Source: Leidyana gryllorum EB-2025a (taxonomy: Eukaryota > Protista > Apicomplexa). Taken from it: DNA of 64,000 bases. The stretch is taken from assembly GCA_048772705.1 (NCBI GenBank), contig JBLWGC010000035.1, positions 124,001-188,000 on the forward strand, written 5' to 3'. Numbering within the stretch: the first letter of the stretch is position 1; each line of letters begins with the position of its first letter. Of this stretch, positions 12,054 to 22,600 are shown one piece after another. The notes under the pieces are model-generated. The model searched no databases. It was given only the letters and a program-made list of their open reading frames with translations, and had not been told where the DNA came from. The position numbers and the translations under genes were made by a program.

Positions 12054-14440
12054 GAAGCTGTCGATAACTCAGCAACAGGTCTATTGGGGGGAAGAACGTG
12101 TTCCATCCCTGGGAGTGCTTGTGGAAGATCGACTGATTTGGTCACATTGATCTGTCCGAGAATTATTATTGTCAAAATGAATCTCCATTAGAAGCGACAG
12201 ACTCACCTTGTGTATCTCACTCTCCATTTCGTGCTGCTTGAGCTTTTCAATTGATTGGAATTCACGGAGACAATAGAAACATATTCTGTCTTCTTCACTT
12301 TCGTCCGCCCCGCCACCTTCTGCATTCATATAGCCCTCCTCACCACCTCCTCCGGTCGTCTGAGCTTCGATCATCGAACTCTGATGCATTCGGAGCTCTC
12401 GAACCGAAGGCTTTCGGGCGGGGTCCACAATATTGATATTCACACCAGTGTTCACTTCAACCTTCTGCTCACTCTGCCGATCCTGCCATTCCTTCCGATT
12501 CTCCACAGCGATCACAGGCGCTGCCACAGCCTTCGGGGCGGCTACAGCCAACTTGACGGGCCCGTGTCGCTCTTCCATCATCGCCTTTTCTGCCTGAACT
12601 TGTTCTTCGAAACTCATCCTCTCCTTGACTCCTCCGCCTCCAACAGTCCCGCTCCCCGTTCCCGTGGGAGCTTTCGGGGCTGCTTTACTCGCTTTGGCGT
12701 TCGCTGCCAGTTGTCGTGCCTGTGCCAACACACTGGCCACCAACGAAGCGTTTGCCAGTCGCTGCTCGTCCCCAGCTGCCTTTTGCGCCGTTACAGTCTC
12801 GGCCGACGGAGTCACAATGGGCCCTCCGGCGGCCTTCACGGGCGACGTACTCGGCACCGCCGCCACTGCCGGTTGCTCGGCCACTGGATGGGCCCCTTCC
12901 TGTTCGACCGCAATGGCGTGGGTCAATATCAGATCTCCAGTTGGGATATCCAGTGTATAGAACAGACCATCGCTGAGGCAAATTACAGACCACTCCGCTG
13001 CCGACACTTACCGCGTGAAGAAACTGTAGCTGTCGCGCTCTGGAACTTCGTCCGGAAGCAAATATAATTCTTCGTCGGTGTTACTGTGCAGCCCGCAGGC
13101 GCCTTGGAGCAGAATAAAGTCCCGCAAGCCTGGCGCCGGACGACGCAAAAGGTGTTGCAGTTCGAAGGGGCAGTCGGGGGCGGTGACAGATAGGGGGCTG
13201 AAGACAGTGCGAGCGCACCCACAACTTGTGCAGTACCGACAGCTGTCACTCGCCACATTAATCATATTGCACGCGATGCATTGCCACTGCAAAGGAGTCG
13301 TAAACAGGGCTCTGGCCTTTCGATCGGGTCCACGTCTCTGGTGGATGAAGAAAGGGCCGGCGACTGGCAATCCCCATACAGTGGGCCCCTTTCCAGTGCC
13401 CGCCGCCTGGGCTTCTTGCTGCCAGCGCAGAGCCGGGCGCGCCCCAATCATCTCTGTACACTTCCTGGCGTAGACTTCCTCCAATCGGTTGGCTTCGAAG
13501 GGGAAGTCCAGGAAGGCCGGATGCGAAGTCACTCGCGTCAACGGGAACAAATCCACTGGAGCGGCCATAACTTGGTGAACGGTCACTTTGACAGTGCCCC
13601 CATCGACAGTATTAACGTCGATGGTACTCCTATTGGTGGCGAAAGAGGTTGCCGCGTCCACGGAACTGAAGAGTGTCAAACACACACGAACAGTGGTCAC
13701 ACTGGCGTCAGGCGCCGCCTGCGTCCGGGGCCGTGTGACCTCGTGGAAGAAAGGAAGGTGGCGACTACGAACAACGCTCGCCACATTGTCCCACGTATGT
13801 TCGGGAATCTGGAAGAACTTGATCGATACTGGTGGGGAGTGTCCCAAATCAATCGCTAAATCCCGAGTGGTACTCTCCAACTCGGCCTCTGTCACTTCTC
13901 GGTCCAAAGGCAAAGGGAACATCATCACCTAAGATGAGATATACATTGACGGGGGGAAGGGGGGATAAGAGGCTTTTGTGTCTAAGGCCGTCCGCTTACC
14001 ACACGGGAACGTTCTAAGCGCAGATTGCGAAGCGGTACGTGATTACGTTCCTTAGCGTAGCCGCTCCGCCCACCGCTGCTCCAACCTTGAGAGGGACGGT
14101 CACCATCTTCGCTATTGTCTCGCCTACGGCGACGAGACTCATTGCCTCCTCGACGTTGACGGTACCACGCGGTACCCTCGTTCGACGACGAGTGCTGGTG
14201 ATGGCCAGATGCCGTGTCCTCGTGTTGATAATAGAGTCGACTGTCACGGTCGCGGTCTCTATCCCGGTCTCTATCCCGGTCGCGGTCTCTGTCTCTGTCT
14301 CGGTCCCGGTCTCTATCCCGGTCACGGTCCCGGTCGCGGTCTCTGTTGCTGCTGCTGGTGCTCCATCGCTGAGATGGTGCACCGCCGCCTGCCGAGCCAG
14401 AGCCGTCACGGCATGAACTTCGCCCACCACGGCCTCGTAT
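12050..14440 (-). CDS. RBM5/RBM10-like splicing regulator (RD repeats, RRM, RanBP2 ZnF, OCRE-like, C2H2 ZnF); start codon uncertain
   Basis: RD-repeat exon joins across intron 13999-13929 to give ERSRV|VMMFPLP, resembling the start of RBM5 RRM1. WQCIACNMIN...CRYCTSC (RanBP2 ZnF). ICFYCLREFQSIEKLKQHEMESEIHK|INV (C2H2). Stop TAA 12052-12050. Confidence 0.75.
14243..14344 (-). repeat. Hexanucleotide coding repeat encoding (RD)n
   Basis: Degenerate GAC-CGN/GAT-AGA repeats reading NRDRDRDRD... on the minus strand. Confidence 0.85.
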
Positions 14441-14521
14441 GGTCGATACTCGCGATATACGCTTTTCTTTTTTGGAGTGAATGTACGGGGGTTTGCAGTG
14501 TAGGTTTCAGCCAAGCATTAT

Positions 14522-15265
14522 TCACGCAACAAGCATGGTCTTGTGGTTGACAATTGGGAAGGCCTCCTTGATGGAAGTAGCCAACTTCTTGTCCGACACA
14601 TCCTTGCGGAGCACATCGTTGGGGACACCACCGTTGCCCTTCTTGGCCTTGGAGCTTCTCGGGAAGACAACAACCTTCTCGAGGTAAGCCTTCAGGCGGT
14701 CAACGTTGGCGGTCAGACCCTCCTCGCTACGGTTCTTGCGACGGAGATCGACGGCGATGCCGATAGTGCGGGCAGCGCGGGGAGTCAGCTTGACAGCCTG
14801 CAAGAAAGAAAACGCATAAACCAAAGCCGCCAATACATCAACCGATCGCGTTTTGCACCCTCCACCGTCCACAAGGCTCAAAGAGAATTCGGACCACACT
14901 GAGTGCGAAGCTCAAAAGCACGTCGACAGGTGCACAGAGCACAAACCGAGACACACAAATTAATGACGAACGGTTCAAAACCATTGCCACACGCGATTTT
15001 GTACTAAGGGGAAGATGCTGCTTACCTTAAGCTCTTCGACAGAGAAACCACGGCCAGCGCGGACCTTGAAGTTGTACTTCTGGGTGGGGCAGTGGACGAT
15101 GGGGCGAAGATTATCAATGGGTTTGCCATTGGACTTGGCCACCTTCTCCTGACGGGTGGTCTGTCTGCGGTGCTTGCGGCCAGCCTGATCAAACCAGGTG
15201 CGGACATGACGCTGCCACCATTTGCGGTGGTGGACGTTGGGAACGGCGTTGTTGTGCTTGACCAT
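14522..15265 (-). CDS. RPL13: 60S ribosomal protein L13 (eL13), about 171 aa
   Basis: MVKHNNAVPNVH...VRTWFDQAGRK...RAGRGFSVEELK|AVKL...ARTIGIAVDLRRKNRSEE. Exons 15265-15026 and 14797-14522. Confidence 0.97.
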
Positions 15266-15403
15266 GGTGTTGCCCTACCCCGTAAAAGGTCCTTCCTTAC
15301 TCCGAAAAACTTCCCAAAACGAAAGCTAAACAATTTTATTCGTTGTGCCTCCCGCTCAAAGAGGCGTTAACTTTTTTTTTGTGCTCCGCCACTCTCGCCA
15401 GCC

Positions 15404-15966
15404 ATGTCCGCCAAACTCGAGCAGCCTGCGGCGTCCAGCTTCAAGAAGACACAGACTTTCGGTCGCAAGGTAAGTTCACTACGTTGATCACCAGTCATAA
15501 ACCGCCATTTTTAGCGCAATGCTGTAGCCGTGGCCACCTGCACTGAAGGTGTTGGCATGATCCGCGTCAACGGAAAGCCCCTTGAGCTCGTCGAGCCCGC
15601 TGAGCTCCGCGTGAAGGCCTTCGAGCCCCTCCTCCTTCTTGGAAGCGATAAGTTCAGCAAGATTAACCTGCGCGTTCGCGTCCGTGGAGGTGGTCACACT
15701 TCTCAGGTCTACGGTAAGCCCTAAGAAAATCAATCTCGCTGCCAACACAACGTTTGTTTGTTCCGTTCGCAGCTATCCGTCAGTCCATCGCCAAAGCGAT
15801 CGTCGCTTACTACCAAAAGAACGTCGATGAGGCCCACAAGAAACTCGTCCGTGACCTCTTGGTTTCGTACGATCGTTCTCTGCTTGTGGCTGATCCGCGT
15901 AGATGCGAGCCCAAGAAGGCCGGCGGTTCTGGTGCCCGTGCCCGTCGCCAGAAATCGTACCGTTGA
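15404..15966 (+). CDS. RPS16: 40S ribosomal protein S16 (uS9)
   Basis: QTFGRK|[21 protein letters not shown]|[38 protein letters not shown]. Two short introns. Confidence 0.97.
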
Positions 15967-16039
15967 ATGGATATTTTGCTGGTGTGTTATATGGTGATGA
16001 GGGACAGCTTCGCTTCTATCGCTCTAAAATCCAAAAACT

Positions 16040-16963
16040 ATGCCCACACGATCCAGTTATCGTGGTACTTTCCCTCCACCGGCAGCTACCTCCGCCTGGG
16101 GAGTGAGCCTCAAGACCCCCCGCTACACCCTCCTGCGTGACTCTATCAGCCCGTTGGAACGGCTATACTTTGAGGATTTAGCACCGCCGCCACGGCGCTC
16201 TAAGCGGCACAAGCAGGACGATGTTGTTCACCATGTCCGCAAAGGGTCGACCAAGATAACCAGCCGAGTCTCCCCGGACACGCCCTTTTACGATACGAGC
16301 TTCTCTGTGACCCCCAAGATGACTGACTGTAATGTCAGAATGCTTACGGCTGAATTAGGTCCGACTGACGGCTTGTCCACTGCCGCCAGCACTGCGAGTC
16401 CTGTTGTTCAACCGATGGAAAGCCCGCCATCCGCAATCGTTGAACTTGGATCACTAAGCCCTCTGGCTCCGCAACGACCGGATCCGACTGGAGCGCTGAG
16501 CGCGATCCCTACAGTGCTACCCACACGCCCACCACCCTCAAGTTTGCCGATACAGCAGTCATCGCCCCCGACAGCGTCACAGCCACAGCTGCCCTCCGTG
16601 AATCCTTTGGCACCTATACCGCCCATTCAGACCGAAGATCCTCTATTGGAAACGACCAACGGCAGAATAACTTTGATCAAGCACGTCAGGCGGCGAGATC
16701 GCATGGCCCATCAAGAGCCCACCATGCAATCCGTCCATGGAACAGCCGCCACCACCCATCGTTCCAAGCACTCATTCAAGAAGCGCAAGAGTATTGAATC
16801 AAAGTGCGGAACATCCACTACAAGTACCGAAGAACAACCGCTGCCGCTTTCCCTTGCTGTACCCCCATCTGCCTATATAATGTACAACAGCCGCGTGCCA
16901 TCAGAGTTCAAACCCCCAAAAGCGGCCGGTTCTCGTAGAGTCGGCTGCACCGGAGGCTGTTAG
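16040..16963 (+). CDS. Ser/Pro/Thr-rich hypothetical protein
   Basis: 307-aa ATG ORF with an A-rich start context (aaaaactATG). Ends GCTGGC*. Confidence 0.6.
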   Translation: MPTRSSYRGTFPPPAATSAWGVSLKTPRYTLLRDSISPLERLYFEDLAPPPRRSKRHKQDDVVHHVRKGSTKITSRVSPDTPFYDTSFSVTPKMTDCNVRMLTAELGPTDGLSTAASTASPVVQPMESPPSAIVELGSLSPLAPQRPDPTGALSAIPTVLPTRPPPSSLPIQQSSPPTASQPQLPSVNPLAPIPPIQTEDPLLETTNGRITLIKHVRRRDRMAHQEPTMQSVHGTAATTHRSKHSFKKRKSIESKCGTSTTSTEEQPLPLSLAVPPSAYIMYNSRVPSEFKPPKAAGSRRVGCTGGC

Positions 16964-18386
16964 ATATCTTCACTTTCCAGGAAGTTCGCGTCCAATGGCT
17001 ATAAACAAACAACAATCGCAAAACCAGTTTCCTCGAACACACACTTACTGCACAACGCTTCTGCTTGGCTTTCCGATCCAGTTCATCTTTGTTAGCCATT
17101 TCTTCCAAGTGACGTTTCAGGCGCATCTCGGACTCGGCACCCATTTGCACAGTCGTAACTTTCATTTTCTAATGTGCCGTCAACCCCACGCCTGCAACCC
17201 AATTCTCACCTTGGCACCAGATGCCTTCACTGTCTTAGCCTCCAATGCTGCCACTGTAGGAGGCTTAAAGATCCGCCGCTGGTAAATCGTCCCATGCACG
17301 TGATACAAAGGGTTCTGTGGATTGATTGGACAGTCACCTAATCTTTACAATCCCTTCCCCTACCTGACTTGTCTCCACTAGTAATAGAGGAGCCTGCGCC
17401 TGACGCGCGTCCGCGTCGTACTGTCGATCCCCGATGTACAACGAACACGTTCCGTCCGAGTACTCCACCAGTCTTGCATTGGACTGCATCTACAGAGCGA
17501 GTTCGGGACAACAGCAATCTGACGCTCCGTCACACAAGACTCACCGATCCATCTGGCTTCTCCTTCACACGAATGGTATCCAAACTCAACGCCTGGCGCA
17601 ATGCCCTCCTTTCCACATTTGAGCTCTGTGAACACACAATTGGGCTCCGACCCTCATGATCGCACTCACCGCTCCTTGTTCCTGACGCGCAAACTCCTTT
17701 TCGTCAAACGGTTCGTAGTCAACGTTCACACTCAGAGGTAACCCGAATAAGCAGAGCTCTTTGCCCGGAGGATGAGGTGCCGGGGCAGCAACAGGCAGAG
17801 TCACCATGTCCTCGGTGCCCTCAAACTCCAGCATGTCATACTGTCCTCCGGCGTCATCTTGCGCCTCTTCCAACGTCGCATCATCAGAAACGCCACCATC
17901 AGCTGCAGCAGCTGCTTCCGCTTCCAATTCGTCATCATCATCGCCAAAAAGGTCACGAGCAGCTTCCTCCTCTTCCTTTACAACTTCTGCTGCATCCTCC
18001 TCCTCATCCTCCTCGAACAAAGCCCCACTAGGCTCCGGCATCTGCGTTTCCCCCGCTTCAACCCCCGCCATTACAGGTTCTACTTCGGCAGCTTCTATGA
18101 CTGGTGATGAGTCGTCTGCTACGGCTCCATCATCCGCTTCGCTCTTCACTATGGACAAATTAGCGTCAGCAGGCTTATCAGGCTCATCCGGCACTACAGC
18201 ATTATCGCTTCCCGTCGCCGATTGGCCTTCCGGCTCGGCCATGTCCATTGTGCCTTCTTCTGCAGCTGCCAACTCTTCATCGGGCAATTCTGCGGAGTTT
18301 GACTCGGCTTTCAGGCCACCGTCACTTGCGCCTTCTGCAATGTCTAACACTTGCGTGGCTCCGGAGAGCTCGGACTCATCATACAT
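16960..18386 (-). CDS. LEO1: PAF1 complex subunit LEO1-like
   Basis: Acidic N-terminus with DLFGDDDD. LP..VNVDYEPFDEKEF, later HGTIYQRRIFKP and terminal LDANFLESEDI*. Several short introns. Confidence 0.65.
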
Positions 18387-18421
18387 AGACCTGCAAAAAT
18401 TGTTCCACACACGAGACACTC

Positions 18422-19444
18422 ATGTCAGCACGCACAGCTGAGGTGCCAAAAGCTGCAACTACACCCATTGGTCGTGTCAATAGAGCTTTTTTGTTGCGCA
18501 AAGAGGCCATCGAACGCAGAATTAAGGACAAGAAGACCGAGTCACCTATACGGATATGCCGCGGAAATTGTTATAAGCACCCACAACGCGAATGCATCAG
18601 ATTACGACTTCTGAGTACTCAGGATTCTTTGACAGTTCCAAAAGCAGATGATCAAATATCCTTTTACAGCTCAGCCAGTGCCAATGAAAACTGCAACACC
18701 TTCGCCCCTTTGAAAGAATGTGATACTCTTCAACCGGCCCCGCAATCGCAGGTGCCCCCACCAGTTTCCGCACCTCCGATAGATCCACCCCTACCCCCTC
18801 CCAGACGATCCCTGTCAGCAGATCAGCTCCCAACGCCCCCTAAAAAGAAGCCAGAATCGCGACGACCCAGCCTTGTCTCGCTGTTGATCCCAAGGTTCGG
18901 TGGATCCCGCAAATCTGCCGGTGCCTCCCCCCAGGCGCCGCCGGTGGCTGATCAGTCATCTCCAAAGCCCGTTTCTCAGGAGAGCCGGCGCAGTGAGGGC
19001 GATCCTCCAACGTTATGCCCACGAAGTCGTCAATCTCCTATTGAAGTGTGGCGGAAATTGGAGCAAGGGAGCTTAGTGGAACGGAGCACGCAGACCGCTG
19101 GAGTTACCACTCTGATGGTCCCCGAGCTGCCACATCCAAGTCTAGGGGAGAAGCGGCGACAGTCCTTTACCATGTCAGAGGACAAGCAACTTCCTCCAAC
19201 TCCTCATTTCGCCAAGCCAAGAGGCGCGACATCACGGCCTTCGATCTCTAGCAGGCCCTCAATACCATCTGAAAGGCTGACAACGCCTGTACCATCCCGG
19301 CCTCGGGACCGCCAGCAGCAACCTGCTGGCGGGCTGGCGCAACGCGGGGTTCGGCAACAATTAGGCTCGACACCGAGTTTCAGATCAGCTGTGTTGACAC
19401 GCGCGCGAGCTCGTCAAGATGCTGCCACTGGAGCCGGTCAGTGA
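18422..19444 (+). CDS. Pro/Ser/Arg-rich hypothetical protein
   Basis: 340-aa ATG ORF, mostly disordered. Confidence 0.6.
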   Translation: MSARTAEVPKAATTPIGRVNRAFLLRKEAIERRIKDKKTESPIRICRGNCYKHPQRECIRLRLLSTQDSLTVPKADDQISFYSSASANENCNTFAPLKECDTLQPAPQSQVPPPVSAPPIDPPLPPPRRSLSADQLPTPPKKKPESRRPSLVSLLIPRFGGSRKSAGASPQAPPVADQSSPKPVSQESRRSEGDPPTLCPRSRQSPIEVWRKLEQGSLVERSTQTAGVTTLMVPELPHPSLGEKRRQSFTMSEDKQLPPTPHFAKPRGATSRPSISSRPSIPSERLTTPVPSRPRDRQQQPAGGLAQRGVRQQLGSTPSFRSAVLTRARARQDAATGAGQ

Positions 19445-19613
19445 AATTAATTGCTGAAGTTCGTTTACTCGCATTGCTGTCTCAACAATTGCTTTGTTCG
19501 TTGCTGATTGTTTATTTGACTAATGGTATATGAGTCATGTTATGTTATGGTGATTTTTTATATAACACAGCGCATGGGGTTGGCGCAGATTTAAAAACTG
19601 GACACTACTGGTG

Positions 19614-22600
19614 TCAGAGTTGTAGTCTCAATCTATCGATCTGATCAAATCTCAGAGGGGATGAGGTGGACATTTTGAGATTGTCGTATGGTTGGGTGAG
19701 GTGTCGCGATGATGATGCTGCTGGTGGAGCTGCGGTTGTTGTTGTTGTGGTGATGACGGCATAAGGGTCGCGAGCTGTAGTGGCGTCTTGGCAACAATGA
19801 GCAAGGAACTCGTGATATATACGTTTGTTTTTGGCTTCTAGACTGAGTCTATTGGCTGCGGCCAGGAGAGGGCCGCTGATGGGTGGTGCATAAGTTCGAA
19901 TGAGTGGTGGGATGAGACAGGTGAAGATGATGGGGTGAGTGAGGAGGGCAGGAAGTTTTTGAGTGAGTTTGAAAGCCAGAATGACAGTGAGTGACTGGGT
20001 GATGGGGATGATAGCCCAGTTGAGGAGAGCGCTTAGAATGATGACTCTGAGGGCTCCATGGATGACTGGGAAGGCACCGCCGAGGTAGAAGATGAGGCAC
20101 AAGCAGAAGCAATTGAAGGCTGTGGATGTGACAATGAACTCGGCGATTTTGAATCTCTGTTTTCGCTGTTGATACAAGATGTGGGCTAATAGGCCATCTG
20201 AGTCGGTGTAGCGATCTTCGGGTTTGGGGTCAAAGCTGCAGTATCTCATAAGAAGGCGAAGGCAGATGACAGCGGCGAGAGTGCAGCCGAAAGAGAGGTG
20301 GGGAAGAGAGACGTGTCCGACTCCCATCCTTGCAGTGGGAGCAATGAGGGCTGATATGAAGGTGGCTGCACAGGCGACTTGGATAAGACAGAGGATCTGA
20401 GCCTCCATAATAGGTTCGACGAGATGTGCGACTCGAATAGCGGGATCTTTGAAGTGAGGTTGAAGAGGGTGCAATGATCTGGACATTGATCCCAGTAGAC
20501 TCCACCAGCGACGGTGGCAGACCTTCTGGAGAGCTGCCACCAGACGGACGATAGAGGGTGAGAAGTTTGGTTGAATGGTGTCTGGGTCGACTTGCATTGT
20601 CGGCAGAAGTTTTTGAAGTGGGGCAGGTGGGGGTGGTTGGGGATAGAGTGGGTAATTGAGGCGTGGGAGGAGGAGATCGTGAGTGCGCTGGGCGCCCTCG
20701 GCTGTTGGCCAGCCAAGTTTGACTTCAGCACAATTGTTGAGTGTAATACTGAGAGTGTAAGGATAGAGCGCGTGTAAACAGGATGCTGGCGAGGGCATTG
20801 ATGATCGGGGGTTGTTGAAGAACGGTCGACTTGAAAGTCTCATCGCAGTGATACACGAGAGAGGGATAGTGAGACAATTGATTTTCTCTCCACTCTGCCA
20901 ACCAGCAGGGCAGGTCTGTAGGGTTGGTGTCGGCCAGAAGGGGACAACACCGAGTTGTCTGAGCAGATCAGCCGGATCTTTCTGTACCAATCTGTAGGGG
21001 GACAGCACAGTTCCGCAATCTGTCTCCTCCACTCTGATAGTACTGCACGTCATGGCACCAGTGTGATGTTGGTGGAAGGAAGCTCCCAAGTGGGCTCCTT
21101 GTTGTTGTTGAGTATGGGCTCGACTTTGTGTTTGGGTGTGGAGGGCCATAGGGGGCAGGTGATTCAGCATCACAGGTTGAGACTGAGTGGCCCCAAGTTG
21201 CTCGCCGTCATAGGTACAGAGCATAGCATCCTGCACTCCGACAACCCTCTCGTCCGCCACCCGCAATTCCCGAAGATCCGCCAGACGCTGCCGACGTTTC
21301 TGAATTGGGAAGATGCTTCCATCAATCTTTGTATTGAGAGTCATCGCCAATCGGCGTGAGTTGTCAGGGGGGTTCTCGGGGTCTTCATCGAACTCTCCAA
21401 TTGAGCTCACGTCGTCAGCTTCGACTTCTTCACCAGCTGAATTGAGTCGTATCTCCGGAGGAATAGAGTCGTTTTCAGCCGGGGCCGTCAAGGACAATTG
21501 ATGAGGGAGTTCCGTTATTGTCATCGTTGCCGATGCCGTCGCGATTGCCCTCGTCACCATAGCTGGTGGCCCAAACAGTGGATCCACCGGTGGCACCGGG
21601 GCGGGCGGTAAGCCCAAAGTCGCGGCCAAATCTTCCAATTGAAAGTCGGTGTCCTTTGGTTCCAAGACTCGCATTGGATCTCCGGCCAGTCTCAGAACTT
21701 TGGGTCTCGAGTCGAACGTCATACTGTCATCTTCATCGGCTCGGAACACATCTCGGGCGTGGAAATTGGTCGACGAGGTTGGGATTCCACAAAGTTGGAG
21801 CTGAGCTGCAGCCGTCTCGTGGGGTTTTGGCATTCTGCACTCCACGCAAATCACTTCCTCCCGAATACCGTCTCTCGACACCGCTTCGCTCAGAAATACG
21901 TTGGTGGGGAATCGCTCTTCGAATAGACAAGTTGAGGCTGTGAAGGGTAATGTGACTCGTTTCAACGTGGGAGACGGCGTTGCGGGCTTTTCCAAATCTA
22001 AGAGAGTTCGCGCTTTTATCCATCGCTCGCCGGCGTTGTCGACTTCCGGAGTGCCCGCTGTAGGCGCGTCGCCCAGTGAAAGTTTCATCTCCAAGTACGT
22101 TTGCGCCTGCAGAGCGTAAGTGTATAAACCTTCGAGAGTCTCGAACCTCTCTGCTGTCAACTCGAACACGCAGGGAGACGAATTCTTCCTGTTTGACGGC
22201 ACAGTGAGGTTGAGTCGTCCGGAATTGTCGCCCGGAGGCGGTTGTAACCGGAACTCAGTGGACATGGAGCTGCCGCCTAAAGTATGCCGCTGAAGGTTAT
22301 CGACCCACAGATCCAATTTGAGGTCCAGAAGGGGCAATGCGATCAGTCCAAAGGCCGGTGCGCATTGACTAAGAATCTTCGCTTCGAGACTCATCAGACT
22401 CAGCGACTCGAAGAGATCGATGGGTAGGAAACATATCTCTTGAGTTTCAGGTCCGAACCAACAGAGGTATTCAGGATGACTTTTCGTCCCCGCGGCTTTT
22501 CTGCCCTTCGGTCTCGCAGACTTCTTCTTGGCCTTCGCGGAGTTCTTCTTGGTGATCCGTTGGAGACACACCCTGACAGCCCCGAGGGGCTCGAGAGTGT

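Noticed and set aside
14014-14514. Listed ORF with (TE/TG)n repeats
   Set aside because: It is an alternative frame of the RD repeat. Only the RD frame splices in phase into the RRM exon.
14420-14530. RPL13-RBM5/10 fusion by splicing
   Set aside because: It needs a weak donor (gttgcg) or purine-rich acceptors unlike other introns here. It is kept only as an alternative explanation for the missing ATG.
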